A DNA stretch of 60,928 nucleotides, the filler included, from Sphacelaria rigidula (Eukaryota), in NCBI GenBank assembly GCA_964200075.2. It is 6 parts of 6 records of this genome, joined end to end, with 100 filler letters (N's around TTAATTAATTAA, not from the genome) between each part and the next. Parts side by side here need not be neighbours in the genome. Positions count along the whole stretch, not along the records: positions 10,174 to 20,245 come from CAXNAA020007206.1; positions 20,346 to 30,417 come from CAXNAA020007207.1; 4 more parts are not named here. One strand, written 5' to 3'. Below, in pieces: positions 13,416 to 25,040 of this stretch; the stretch's first letter is position 1; each line of letters starts with the position of its first letter. Below the pieces are notes generated by a model. The model did no database searches. It was not told the origin of the DNA and was given only the letters and a program-made list of their open reading frames with translations. Made by a program: the position numbers and the translations under genes.

Positions 13416-14261
13416 CTATACTGCAAACAGGTGATCGAAATGTTGACAACAAAAAGTCAGGTTGGATGGGAGATTATCCAGCATCACATGCTCAACTTGC
13501 CCGATAATACGCTGCGGCCGCTCGACACGCTGCTCTGCAATACTAGGTTGTGGATAGGCCGACCGATTACTCCGTGTGGGAGTAGCCGAGAGTAATGTTC
13601 TCTATTGCTTCAAGAATGATGGAGGATGTGTCATCTATGTTCACCCTACGTGCTATCTCAAGTACCCCAGCTAACTCACACACGGCCTTTGCCTCCACGA
13701 TATGGTCGCGAAAGTCATGTTTGTCGCTTGAGAGTATGGATGCTCATGACCAGCTGACGTAAAACATGTGTTTCCATCTGACTCAACGCTTGTTATTCAT
13801 CTTTCACCTTCTCGGACAAAACCCTCGGGTTATAAAAGAGGGCACTCCCTCGTACCATCTAGGATGACCAAGTACTGTAGTAGAGTAACACGCCTCGTGG
13901 GCCAACTCCTTTTTCCCGATCGGAACCCCATAACAGGTGCAGTAACCAAGCTCCGGTCCCGGCGTTTATGGAGAATATGGAATGATTGCAATGTTCCGTC
14001 TAGTCGACCAAGTAACATATATTTTCACTTATTTCAGAGACCGAAATGCACCCCAATACACAGCTGACCATGGAAGGGTAGGACCGCATGCCGGGTTTCC
14101 TCATATATGACACATCCAGTCATAACACAATCCGTCAACGTAGACTAATTCGGTACCCATGATATGTCATCGGAGAAGAACATGAGCGGATGAGACGAAT
14201 TCGCTAAAAATGTTGATCACAGCAACGGTACCCGTTGTGGTGTCGTAGTGGTACCCCGCAC

Positions 14262-14342
14262 CTGTCCTTCCATGTCACAGATGACATACCCCTCCACACC
14301 TGGTTGCACCTTGATGCGCTCAAGCGTTTCTTCCACTTCTGA
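14262..14342 (-). CDS. DYNLRB: Roadblock/LC7 dynein light chain, exon 2
   Basis: aag|TCA...CAG|gtgcgg; SEVEETLERIKVQPGVEGYVICDMEGQ matches the roadblock N-terminus (EVEETLxRI...GVxG). Confidence 0.92.
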
Positions 14343-14644
14343 CTTCAGCACGAAGTGCAGAACGAGACCAAGCAGAGACCGTGCAAGGTATACAATTCCC
14401 CAGGGAGCAGAAACACGTGGTGTGTAGGAAACAGAGAGATGCGTTTTGCGCGTGTGTTGTGCGGTAAGAATGACAAGCAGCGTGGCGTTTCCCCGTAACC
14501 GCGACGGTCAAAAACTGCCAAAAAATGTACTACTACTACCGTAAAACTTGTCTGGTACAGCACGCATTCCATATTCACGACAGGATATGGATACTGTAAC
14601 ACAGTCGGTGCAGAGGAACTTTCCGTATTTACACAAACAGTTAA

Positions 14645-15192
14645 CCCTTAGGCCAACTCTTATGGGAGCGTTTGAAATTTTTATTTTGCAACAATTTCAG
14701 AGGAGCCTTTTCTTTCTTCTTTCTCATCATGGTGAACGGGTACAGAATACGCAATTGACACTTTCTACGATAGCCCCCCCCCAAAACCAGCTAAAAGTGT
14801 CACGAAAAAAACGGCCATACAGCGCCTTTNNNNNNNNTGGGAATTCCCATCTTCTCGTTGTGCTCGGCCTTTACCATTTCGATTTACGTCAAGATTTTGC
14901 CTCTCGAAACCGTGCACTTTTTTGGGGGGGCTATCGTAGAAAGTGTCAATTACGGCAAAGAAAAAAAAAGCTCGTTTAAAATTATTGCAAAATAAAATTG
15001 CAAACGCTCCCATAAGAGTTGGCCTTAGACCGCGAACGTAGTCCATCTGGACCTTACGCCCTTTTTTTAAAGTGAAATTAAACCTTAGACCGCGATATTA
15101 GTCTTTCTGGACCATGCATACTTTTTTTCACTTGAAATTGATGCCGATTCAACAGAAGACTAACCTCGCGGTCTAAGGGTCAATGCCAAGGG
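14645..15192. mobile_element. piggyBac-type non-autonomous element in DYNLRB intron 1, interrupted in its left TIR
   Basis: TTAA|CCCTTA[insert]GACCGCG ... CGCGGTCTAAGGG|TCAA (end 15179), with a second AAGGG|TTAA end at 15192. Confidence 0.7.
14651..15024. mobile_element. PIF/Harbinger-type MITE
   Basis: Perfect 24-nt TIR GGCCAACTCTTATGGGAGCGTTTG extending into long imperfect inverted repeats; TTA TSD at 14648-50 and 15025-27. Confidence 0.9.
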
Positions 15193-15848
15193 TTAAGCAC
15201 AGTACAGACACTGAATGCAAAACTGAAGCGCCACTGCGCACAGCTGTCCGCAGTGGTAGCACGAGAATAACGGGTCAAAGCTGCAGTTATCGTGCTGCAG
15301 GTTAAACACGGCGGCGAGTGATACGATATTTTCGATATGCTATTCTGAAGGCGATTTCACTCTTGATGTTTTTTGCAGCGGGACGCATACCCTGGTACAC
15401 CATGTTCACTCCTTCGTGATGCCAGCTTCGCATAAGGTCGATTGACCAAACCTCAGGACTGATCCGATGATGATCGCACATCATCAGTTGATGTGCTGCG
15501 AATCCAGCAGTAGTGAGACACAGGAAACCCATGAACAGTGACGGTGAAAACGGAGGCAAAAGTTTGCCCCACACGCGTTGTGTCATAAATCAAGGGAACC
15601 TTGGATACCATGCAGCTAAATGGTCATCTTTCGGGCTACCTGGTGGCGCTACAGTTGCGTATAATGCCGCATGCTACTTCCAGTCATCGGCTTGTGGTGA
15701 GCATGCTGTTATTCGTGTGCTGTGGAAGGATCTGGGAACACGCGTCCAAGTGAATGCACACATATTTTCGTCGTCCGTTCCGTGCGATACGGCACAAAAG
15801 AGTACAGTGCATTGGGATGAATGGAGTCAGCACAAACAGTCGACTCAC

Positions 15849-15851
15849 CAT
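15849..15851 (-). CDS. DYNLRB: Roadblock/LC7 dynein light chain, exon 1 coding part (ATG only)
   Basis: Minus strand 'gcgcg ATG|gtgagt' has a consensus donor, phase 0, completing a 102-aa protein MSEVEETL... Confidence 0.7.
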
Positions 15852-16172
15852 CGCGCTCCCCTCTCAAATCTTCTGCCTAGCCGTCCTGTAAGATCGTTGC
15901 CGCAGCACGCTATCCTTGCCGGGCAACGGGGCCGAAGAAATGCGGAGAAATTAAACACCGTAGAATCGACGGTTACCAAATCAGACAGTCTGTGATTGGT
16001 CCGGGTGTCACCCTTCAAAAGTATTTCCCCGAGGAATTACTCCGAGAGGTGGCCAGCTGTGTACAGTGTTGCTCGGGTTTTGGGCACCTGGCTAGGCATA
16101 CATCATCTGGCGTTGGGGGAAGTCGTTCCTTCTCAGGGAACCCCTGCACAGCGTCGCTGGCTGGCGAAAACC
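15852..16172. promoter_or_regulatory. Putative compact bidirectional promoter and 5'UTRs between DYNLRB (-) and SEC61A (+)
   Basis: Only 321 nt separate the two divergent start codons. Confidence 0.6.
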
Positions 16173-16241
16173 ATGAGGTTTCTCCATTTGATACGACCGG
16201 TGATGTGCGTGCTGCCCGAGGTGGCGCAGCCCGATCGCAAA
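16173..16241 (+). CDS. SEC61A: Sec61 translocon alpha subunit, coding exon 1
   Basis: aaaaccATG...AAA|gtgagt; MRFLHLIRPVMCVLPEVAQPDRK matches the Sec61a N-terminus. Confidence 0.93.
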
Positions 16242-19071
16242 GTGAGTTTATGCTAGCTTGTGAGGAGGTGGGGAGGTGTGTGTCTGTGGCTTCTATTTTG
16301 AGGCCACCCAGGGAAATATTTGGGGGAGCTGTTTCCATTACCTTGTCCTGAGTTCACCTCACATTAGTTGCGCTGGTCAAGTCGAGCATGGCCAGTAACG
16401 TGAACGCTGGCACAAGCCTCAGTCGCTAAACCTATTAGATACTGTCTAGATTTCGTTCGCAGATGCTTGGAACCCTGACAAGAATGCACCTCATATTTTA
16501 TCTTACTGGAAGCTTCGGCCCCAAACGAGGAACGCGTCCACAAATATCGGAGTGGGAGGAGCTTGCTTCAGTTGACGGAGCGAGACTGACAGAGCAGGGT
16601 GTTGGATGTAAAGCAAGCCGATGGATAACACTGCATGCCGGGCACTGGCCCTCAAGGTTTCAGCCCTGTGTTTGGTAGATCGATTGATGAGAGTTGGTGT
16701 CGATGATGTACACGGAACTCGAGCAAACCGTCTGCCCGCAGTTTTTTGTGGAACCCCTTCCATGTATGTGCCGACTCTGCGTGTGTTTGCGGCTGTAGCG
16801 ACAGCGTAAGCCAGTTATATACAGCTGGTATAGGACACGTGATCGGAACTCATGTCCCCCAAATGTTCAACGGCGGTGCTTGCTTGACTTCGCCACAAGA
16901 ACTGGAGGTTTATTTCATCATGAATCCTCAAATGCCCGTCCGGCAGCCCCGATGTGGTGCGCTCATTTCCGTTGCTGGGGTATTTAGTGTCCAGTTGGTC
17001 TCACTGCTGTCCCAATACAAATATATGCGGAATATGTAGAACCCCGTGTTGTCGGCGGAAATATGGACCCAAACACAGATCACGTACCTGTTTGCGGACC
17101 GTCACGCCAGACACCACCTGCCCTCAACCTCGCGTACCCGCATGTCCTGCTGGTGCTCACGACAAATATATTTTTGAATGACCTCTGAAAAGGGGTTGTG
17201 TTCTGAAGAGTCTGCCGTGGACACATACCACAACGCTATGATGCACAGCCATGTAGTTTCTGGTGTAACACATGTGTACGTACTCACTGCGCCGTATAGC
17301 GCACAGGCCGTTCCAGAGGGCCTGCGATTGACGGTACAACGGTGACGGCTGTTTAACCGCGGCACGGCGCTGTGCAATACCCACCTCACACAAACAGTTC
17401 AAGGTATTGCAGCTATTTCAGCCGTCGAGTTGCGAGCCACACTGCTGCCCTCGTGCTTTCACAGGGTGCGCATAGGAGCCTCTTACACGACTTGCTTCCC
17501 TCTCCTTTTTTTCGTGCTGCTCGTGGGTGGGGAGCACTGTCATGTGTCACGATGTCAAGGCTGCTGCGGACCACACCGTACCTTTTATTACACTGTTGCA
17601 GTTGATGTACGATGCTGCACTGTATGTACCTTTACCGCCGTGTATTTTATATCGAGCAAACCTCTTGGGCTACACCCGTCTACTGCTGGAAATACAGTGC
17701 ACTCGTGCATCTCGAAATATTGCCCAGCGTGCCTCATCATTGCTGAGCCCCCCTGATACGTGACGGGGAAGTACAGCAGTACAGTAGGAGCAGCCAAGTC
17801 TCCTTGCCCGTTACAACAATACGGGATTTACAGGATGAGTACTAGAGTACTGGAACGACGAAGAGTCTCAATCAGTCTTGTGGAGAAGATGATCGATGAA
17901 GTTTCCCCTCCGTTTCCCCCACGCTACCCGAGTATTGCTGATGTGCGCCAAGGAGCATTGTATCAGGTGTTTCAGGCACCATCCTAGCCCAAAAATTTCA
18001 AATCGGTCATGAACAGCCGTAACGGGGTGGGGATGCCACACAGCTGGCCGTACTGATATCCGCCACATCGCAGGTGCACTGAGTTATTCTCCACACCTGC
18101 AGGCAGTAACTTCAGCCAGTAGCAACTAGCATCAACCTCATGATACGTGGTGGTGGCGCGAGTGCATTTCGCGGTGACGGCGATGCGCGTTACTCTTCCG
18201 AGTCCGACTCGCTTTAGCTTTGATGTACCCCAGTTTTTGGTGTAGCAGCCTCAAGAACCGTTGCGAGAAGATGACGGTTCATTTTCAAAACTTATCGTGC
18301 CCCTGTCCTGAAAACTCCGTTTTCAAATTAATTGGTGTTGGGGAGTATCGGACAGGCGTCACCGGCGCGAGGCAACGAGGGGAGAGGATGGGGCTATGGT
18401 GCCCTGGAAACCTGACACGAGCCCCTTTGCCTCTTCCAGTACTTCTTGTGATGAGGTTGAACAACGTTGACCGTTACATTTTGTACAGACCTCATGAGTC
18501 CGGCTGGTGTTTTCACCTGAGCGTCACGTATCGAACGATTTCCGCGTATCATCCCACCGACTAGTTTTGCGTTCTGCACAGTAATGTTGTACTAGAGCAC
18601 GCACTCGATCAGTAAACAATCTAGTCTGCGCCTCGCTTTCATACGTGCAGTATATCGATTGGATGTATCCCTTGCTCATTCTTCGGTGGTGGATGATGTC
18701 CAGCTTTTATGCGATGCTTTAATTCGTCTGCGACTTGAACCTGGATGGTACGATTACACTTGCTCCTGGTATACAGTACGCTACAATCGGTACAAATCTC
18801 GGTTCAGGTTCAGGTTCAGGTCGGGTTCCAACTTTTTTGTGCCGTCGATAACAGTATACTTCTTACCAAACACGGTTGTCACCGAATTCCGTACATGTTG
18901 TCAAATCGCCTGGGAACCGCATACCTCTTACGCCTGAACGTACGTGGAACATTCAATGTTTTGGGCTACCTGTATCTCCACTTCACATATGATTTTTATT
19001 CATAAAAACGACATCTTTGCCTTTCCTCCCCCCCCTTCCATTACTCGTCGACTTGCCCTCGTCGCGGACAG

Positions 19072-19234
19072 ATCCCATTTCGCGAGAAGGTCCTGTGGAC
19101 CGTGATCACCCTTTTCATTTTCTTGGTGTGCTGCCAGATCCCCATCTATGGCGTGCAGTCGGCCAAGTCCTCTGACCCTTTCTACTGGATGCGTGTCATC
19201 CTCGCCTCCAACCGCGGGACACTCATGGAGCTTG
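19072..19234 (+). CDS. SEC61A: Sec61 translocon alpha subunit, coding exon 2
   Basis: Polypyrimidine tract...cag|ATC...CTT G|gtgagt; [54 protein letters not shown](G) is the hallmark Sec61a sequence. The rest of the gene lies off this contig. Confidence 0.98.
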
Positions 19235-19919
19235 GTGAGTTGGTGTAGTTATATTGGTAACCTCCGTGCAATAATCGCTCCGGTCTTTCACCCGGTGTGT
19301 AGGAAGATACACAAGGAGGGACATTCTTCCTATTTTCCTGTCTTGTCCTCGTCGCCTTCCCCCCTCCTCGAGTACCTGACTTACAGTCCTTTTTTTGCCA
19401 TTGTACCAGCACTTCTGCAACTCGTCTAATATCGTGGAATCAATTTTGCTTCGACCCAAGTTTTGCCTTGAACGAGGATGATGGAGAACGCCAAGAGATA
19501 TCCGGCGAAGTGATGGTGTACCCATGAAAGTAAGGTTCATATTCCTGCTCGGAATAGACACAAAGAGTGAGTGCCTCAAGCTCCGGCCCGTACGTTACCG
19601 TATCCCTAGCGAACAGTAGGATATCCGAGCACCCCCAAGAGGGGGACTTGAGTTACATTCTCATCGTCACCTGTTCCCCCTCGGTAGGTGAGAGCAACGG
19701 CACCGAAATTACACGGTACTGGGCGTATCCGCTTCCTACCCTACTGCGATCGCGTCGGAAAAGCACCACAATGAGCAACGGAATGCTCATTCGGAGAGAA
19801 ATGCTATGAATAAAGACGAGGCTCCACAATTATAGTCTGACGGGTGAATGCGATGTGGTCACGGCTGCTCCAGAATAGGTGCACAAATAGCATTTGTCAT
19901 CGATTGATAATGAGCCTGG

Positions 19920-20245
19920 TCCAGCGAAAACCCGGCGTCTCAATCTCGGCTTTATTGGAAATTCGAGATCAATGGTCATCTGACTACGGCACGCAAGATC
20001 ATGAGTACCCCGCCCCCCCCGCCCTTCCAAACGTGATGAGCGCCTGAATGTTGGAGGTGACTCCATTAGGAGTAGGAACGGTGCTCCGTCTCGCAAAGGG
20101 ATGCGTGGTCAATGGTCAAACGACTACGGCAAGCAACAAATATGTACGCCCCCCCCCCCCCCCCCCCCCCCTCCCGGTCCGGCGGGAACCCCGCGTGCTC
20201 CATCCCCGCGTTTGTGGGGGGGGCCCCCGGGGGGGGTCGGGGCGG
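19920..20245 (-). repeat. G/C-run dispersed repeat at contig end (within a SEC61A intron)
   Basis: Same units as 1930-2130 and 47880-47980. Confidence 0.85.
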
Positions 20246-20345
20246 NNNNNNNNNNNNNNNNNNNNNNNNNNNNNNNNNNNNNNNNNNNNTTAATTAATTA
20301 ANNNNNNNNNNNNNNNNNNNNNNNNNNNNNNNNNNNNNNNNNNNN
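20246..20345. other. Artificial contig-joining spacer
   Basis: N44-TTAATTAATTAA-N44. Confidence 0.99.
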
Positions 20346-20660
20346 CCCACACGCCGCTCTCCCGACCTCCTCCGTGCACATTTTTGGCCGGTTCGGGGGG
20401 GGGGGCTATCTCGGCAGCAGTCAAAAACATACGTGAGGCATGTGATGTTCAAATCCACATAGTCTGCCGGTCAGACCCGCAAGTCCATCAACCAATAGAA
20501 AACGCATACAGCAGATTGTTCCACTTGTATATCATCAAGAACCTGCACGTACGTGTACTGGAGGTGAACTACTCTACATACCCCACTGTCCCTCGATTCT
20601 ACGCCCTCCGCACACCCGGTCCAGCAACTGCAGAATCAATCCCTGTATCAATCCAACATT

Positions 20661-21150
20661 TTGCATGTCGGCCTAGTGCCTCCTTCAAATGTGTCGGGGG
20701 AAACAGGGGAAACAGTCCCGCGCTGGACATCTGAAGCGATGACATCATGGAGATCGCTGAAACCGGGTGAGGTGTCAGGTTTTCAATCTGAGCGTCTGCA
20801 AGTTGATAACAAGGAACGATGGTGTCTCGCCGACTTGTCTGTACTAAGTGCAGGGGCACAGGGTGTTTGTCCGGTCAAGGCCATTTTAGATTCGGGATCT
20901 GGACTTACGACCGTGTCAGCTGGTGTGGCGGCGAAATTGCAAGCCATGATTACAGATGTTCGAGTGGCCACACCGATGGTTGGTGATCAGCTCGTGAAAC
21001 TGGCGAACGGCAATGTTGTGCGCGTGAATCAGAAAACTTGCCCTGTCCGCACCGACTTACACACCAGGTGGGGACCGGTTGTGCTGGACACATGCTCATA
21101 TGTGGTCATGCCGGGTACAGATGGTGTGATGATCATGGGGAACCCTAAGC
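20661..21150 (+). mobile_element. Ty3/Gypsy aspartic protease remnant
   Basis: AILDSGSGLTTVS active-site motif, followed by ...VKLANG...HTRWGPVVL...VMPGTDGVMIMG; similar to 45130-45560 (-). Confidence 0.85.
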
Positions 21151-21528
21151 AAAGGCTCAGCGAAGGGCGTGCTTTCCGGTCAGGATGGCGTGGTTGGCAC
21201 GCTGCATCGCAATATTGGTGGCGCTCGAGCTCGTGTACTCCAGCTTGCAGATAGTGTGGGCGTGAGCGGCGATTGCAACCACCGAGAAGTCCTGTTTCCG
21301 CTGGATGTGTGCTTACAAGGCGGCGGAGCAAGTTCCCCGTCCCCACGAGGAGGTGGGTGGTGCATGGCACTCGCCCAGGGGATGTTTGAGGTGTTTCACT
21401 TTAGTTTTTTCAGTGTTGGCGAGGGTTGTCCGCTGGGATAATAGCTTGGACGAAGGAAGTCCGTTCGAGTACATATTGGTAAGGATGAGTGACCCAAGCG
21501 GCTTCGTGCGGTTGGAGCCCGCGGAGTC

Positions 21529-21690
21529 TGTAGCCTGTCTGGAATCAGAATAAGGTCACAGTGCTGCTCCAAGGGTTCGCTCCCTGTCACGGGCTTCAGA
21601 GATTTCAAGACTCATGCAGTTATATAAACAGCAGTCCTCCTTAAAAACACAAGTCACCGGCACACCTCGTATGCAAATACCGACAATAAA
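21529..21690 (-). mobile_element. LTR fragment (same family as 27113-27379)
   Basis: Reverse complement of the LTR 3' half, ending ...gacaggctaca. Another fragment on + at about 22125-22250. Confidence 0.75.
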
Positions 21691-21729
21691 TCTGGTGAGG
21701 AGAGGCTATGGTCCTGTTCTCCTGTATGT

Positions 21730-21920
21730 AGAGTAGTCCGACGGTAGGTCGAGTAGAGTATGTACTTTTGAGTACTCGAGTAAAATCCTCGAGAATTTAC
21801 TGTACTCGACGTTTGAGGAGGTCGAGTACGACCTCGGATACTCTACTCAAGTTTCCAGTAGGTCGAGTACCGCCTCCGATACTCTACTCAAATTTTGAGT
21901 AGATCGAGTCCGACCTCAAT
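21730..21920. repeat. GTCGAGTA-motif subrepeat cluster (probable MITE subterminal region)
   Basis: Repeated 'gtcgagta'/'tactcga' motifs in both orientations. Confidence 0.55.
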
Positions 21921-23129
21921 AGAAATATTGTCGGTGTCCACTGATGATCGAGCTCGTTTTCTACCGTTAAGTAAAACGTAGCTTGGGGGTGCTGTGAAGA
22001 AAGTACAGTGGCATCACGAGCATAAGAAGTACGGTAGCATATCGATATTTGTTTGGATCGTGTGACAATGGGTTGGAGGATTATTAATAAATGCGTAGCG
22101 TATTGTGTTTGCGAGGGGAGCAAAAAAGGGTCACTTCCGGTTTTAACGAAGACTGCTGTTTGTACAACCGTTTGAGTCTTGAAGTCTCTGGAGCGCGTGA
22201 CAGGGAGAAAGCCTCTTGAGTAGCACTGTGACCTTGTCCTGATACAAGACAGGTTGACGAACCTCAGGTAATGCCTTCTTTGTAGTCCTCCAGCCCGCTC
22301 CTGAGAAACAGCAACACTCGAACCACGACCCCATACACAGCGTAGAGCAACGTTTCCACTCGAACACTCGCTCCTCGCGCCATGAATCCAGCTACACCTA
22401 ACACCATCGTGGAGCCGCTCAGCTCGCCACTATACGGTATATCCGCACCGCCGGACCAATGCGGCAATACTGAACACCTGTGCTTCAGTCAGTTTAGAGG
22501 GAAACGAGAGGCGAAACGGGAACAGCTACCCAATCTGGAACAGCAACACCTCCTGATGGCCCACTATCCTCCTGAAACACCCCGCGGCGAAACAGTGGAG
22601 ACACCTCCGCCATCGCCGCCAGATACGCCAGAGGTGTCCAAGTAAACAGCAATGCGGATGACCACCGCAACACCAAGCAATCCAGCGAATTCACATCCGT
22701 CAACCCGGCATCCATTTTTTCTGCAAGGCGACACCCCTTCGAGTCATGTGAGTAACCTTCCGCCGAATCACTGGAGTAGATAGATTCACTCGCCCTGAGC
22801 ATCGCGAGCCCCGAACTTGCTCTGCTCACGCTCATCATGAACATAATACCCCCCTGTAGCGGTGAGCATGCAACGTGTGTCCCCAATGACGCGCTGGTCC
22901 GCCGGCCACGAGCGACCAGGGCCTTTGCCTCTCAGCGCTAGCTCATCGGAGCAAATTGGCATCGCTGGTTGAACAGTAGCGGCAGCAGCGGCTGGGTCAA
23001 ATATACCCGCTTCAATCACCACCTCCTGCTCAGCGCACTCCTGAACGGCGGCAGCGGCAGCGGAGCTGCCTGTATTCCATTCGAACTGCGTGGCATGTTC
23101 GCCCTCTTCAACAGCAATACCAACTGTTG

Positions 23130-23600
23130 GCAGGCGCGCTCTCATGCCTACTCGCTTTGACAGACACGTGCTGTGTCTCCTTCCCACTCTGCATAGTGGA
23201 AGCAGCTGCCCTGTATCGTTGCTTGAGACGCGCACTACCGACTGCACGTTCAGCGGGTGCACTATCGTGCCTGTTCCCTCGAGCAGAAATATGCTTCTCG
23301 GCTTTCGCAGTGCAAGCGGCTGCCCTGAATCTTTGTTTCAGACGTGGACCACCTACTGCACGTTCGGCGGGTGCACTGTCATGCGTGTCCCCCCAGGGCA
23401 GATACATGTTTCTCGGCTTTCACAGCCCAAGCAGCTACCCTGTATCGTTGTTTCAAACGCGCACCACCTACTGCACGTTCGGCAAGCGCACTGTCGTGCC
23501 TGTCCCCTCTGACAGACACATACTTCTTGCCCTTGACGGTGGGTCCGAGAGCGCTCTCATGCCTGTCCCCTCTGACAGACATGTGCTGTGTGACAAGTGC
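23130..23600. repeat. ~115-nt minisatellite with ~57-nt subunits
   Basis: 'ctgcacgtt' recurs near 23242, 23356 and 23472; '(ga)cagacac' subunits. Confidence 0.85.
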
Positions 23601-24551
23601 GCGCTTAACAGTGCGATGCACCCCATCGGAGGATGCATGCTTGCGCAACGCGAAAAGCAGCTGCTCGTTCTTAACTTCATAAGCATGTTTCAAGAACGTG
23701 TCACACAGACATATCGCAATATGTTTCGGCATGAGTTCAGAAACTGCTGCCGCCTCAAAGAGGGGTGTCCACCGCGCGTTCACCTGATCTACATCTCGCA
23801 CATATTTCTACTATTTCCGTAAAAACTCGGCTGATTTCTCGCTCTGAAACTTTCGGCTGTAGTATGGCACCTACAGCGCCAGTACAGGAACAATACGACC
23901 ATCGACGACGACATGTTCCTGAGCCTCATGATTTGGAACAGTCGAACAGGCTTTGCCGCTACCTCCACGCTTGTCATCGAGCGCCGAGCCACCACGACAT
24001 GTGTACATAGTGGACAATCACAAAGCAGTACCTCAACAGCTCAACAGCGGTTCTAGAAAAACCGGCATTATTTCTCAGTCACAGAAACAACGACTTTCCA
24101 TACACTAAGACGCGCTTGGCCACCCAACGATAATGGCCACAGCGGCTCTTCCTTACGCAGGTCTCACCATGTGTTTGAAGTCCTTAGACTCCTCTTCCTG
24201 ACTGTATATGTCCAAGCGTGAACCAGGCAACTCTGGCTGGCTCCACCAGATAGTCATTGCGCCGCTTTTTTTGGAACGCTCACGGGCTCGCCAGCTGTCG
24301 ATCAACTCCCCGTACCTCACGCACGAGCGATACCACAGCCCAACCTAGCACTGCCTCAGAACCTCCTCGGCTTTACTTCTCCAACTCCTCGCGACGTTAA
24401 CACGCCTTCAGCTGGTCAGGCCTGCAGACTTTCCCTATCCTGACTTGTCAGCTGCTTTTCAGCGAACCTACCGTCTTTCAGCGGACTTCATGAACGTTCA
24501 GGATAGACTTCTGTCACTCAAGATCACATCGCCATGTGGATTCCTCCCATC

Positions 24552-24973
24552 ACGGGCACATGGACTTCAGCAGCTTGAGTTATTCATGAATTAACCCTGA
24601 GCATGGTACAGGAGAATAGGACCATAGCCTCTCTCCACTAGAGTGGCAAAACCAAGCCTGCACGTCATGGAGGTCACCCATCATCGAGTCCGGCAATCAG
24701 ACCCGCAACTCCATCTACTCAATGTCCCTAATCTTAGGTAACAATGGTGGCTAGAGTCTACAATGGGGACATGGACTTCGGCAGCTTTAGTTATTCATGT
24801 ATCAACCCTCAGCATAGTACAGGAGAACAGGACCATAGTCTCTCTCCACCAGAGTAGCAAAAAGGGCTCTACTCGTCATGGAGGTCACCCATCACAGAGT
24901 CCGGCAATCAGACCCGCAACTTCACCTACGTCATGTCCCTAATCTCATATAGCAATAGTGGCTAGAGTCTACA
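24552..24973. repeat. 211-nt tandem duplication of the LTR 5' portion
   Basis: Two units each ending 'ggctagagtctaca' (24762 and 24973). Confidence 0.9.
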
Positions 24974-25040
24974 GGCTGCTACTCGACGAAGACGAAGTGC
25001 AGAAAGGGAGCTGGATGCATGCACACGCTCAAGACACGCG

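Larger units (their letters stand above)
22300..24973 (-). mobile_element. Internally deleted Gypsy-like element, copy A: 5' LTR, truncated gag, minisatellite
   Basis: LTR 24423-24973 (minus strand TGTAGAC...GTCTGCA). Gag-like peptide RDVDQVNARWTPLFEAAAVSELMPKHIAICLCDTFLKHAYEVKNEQLLFALRKHA. Internal region homologous to 29330-30240. Confidence 0.7.

Noticed and set aside
17950..18060. Copia-like 'P(K)NFKSVMNS...W' fragment in SEC61A intron 1
   Set aside because: Too short and degenerate to call with confidence.
23130..23600. Overlapping ORFs on both strands; possible repeat-spacer array
   Set aside because: A minisatellite inside a deleted retroelement; intervening segments are homologous to each other.
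21529..24973. A single intact LTR element inserted between Gypsy protease and RT
   Set aside because: The two LTRs are different subfamilies and the flanks (GAGTC vs GGCTG) form no TSD.
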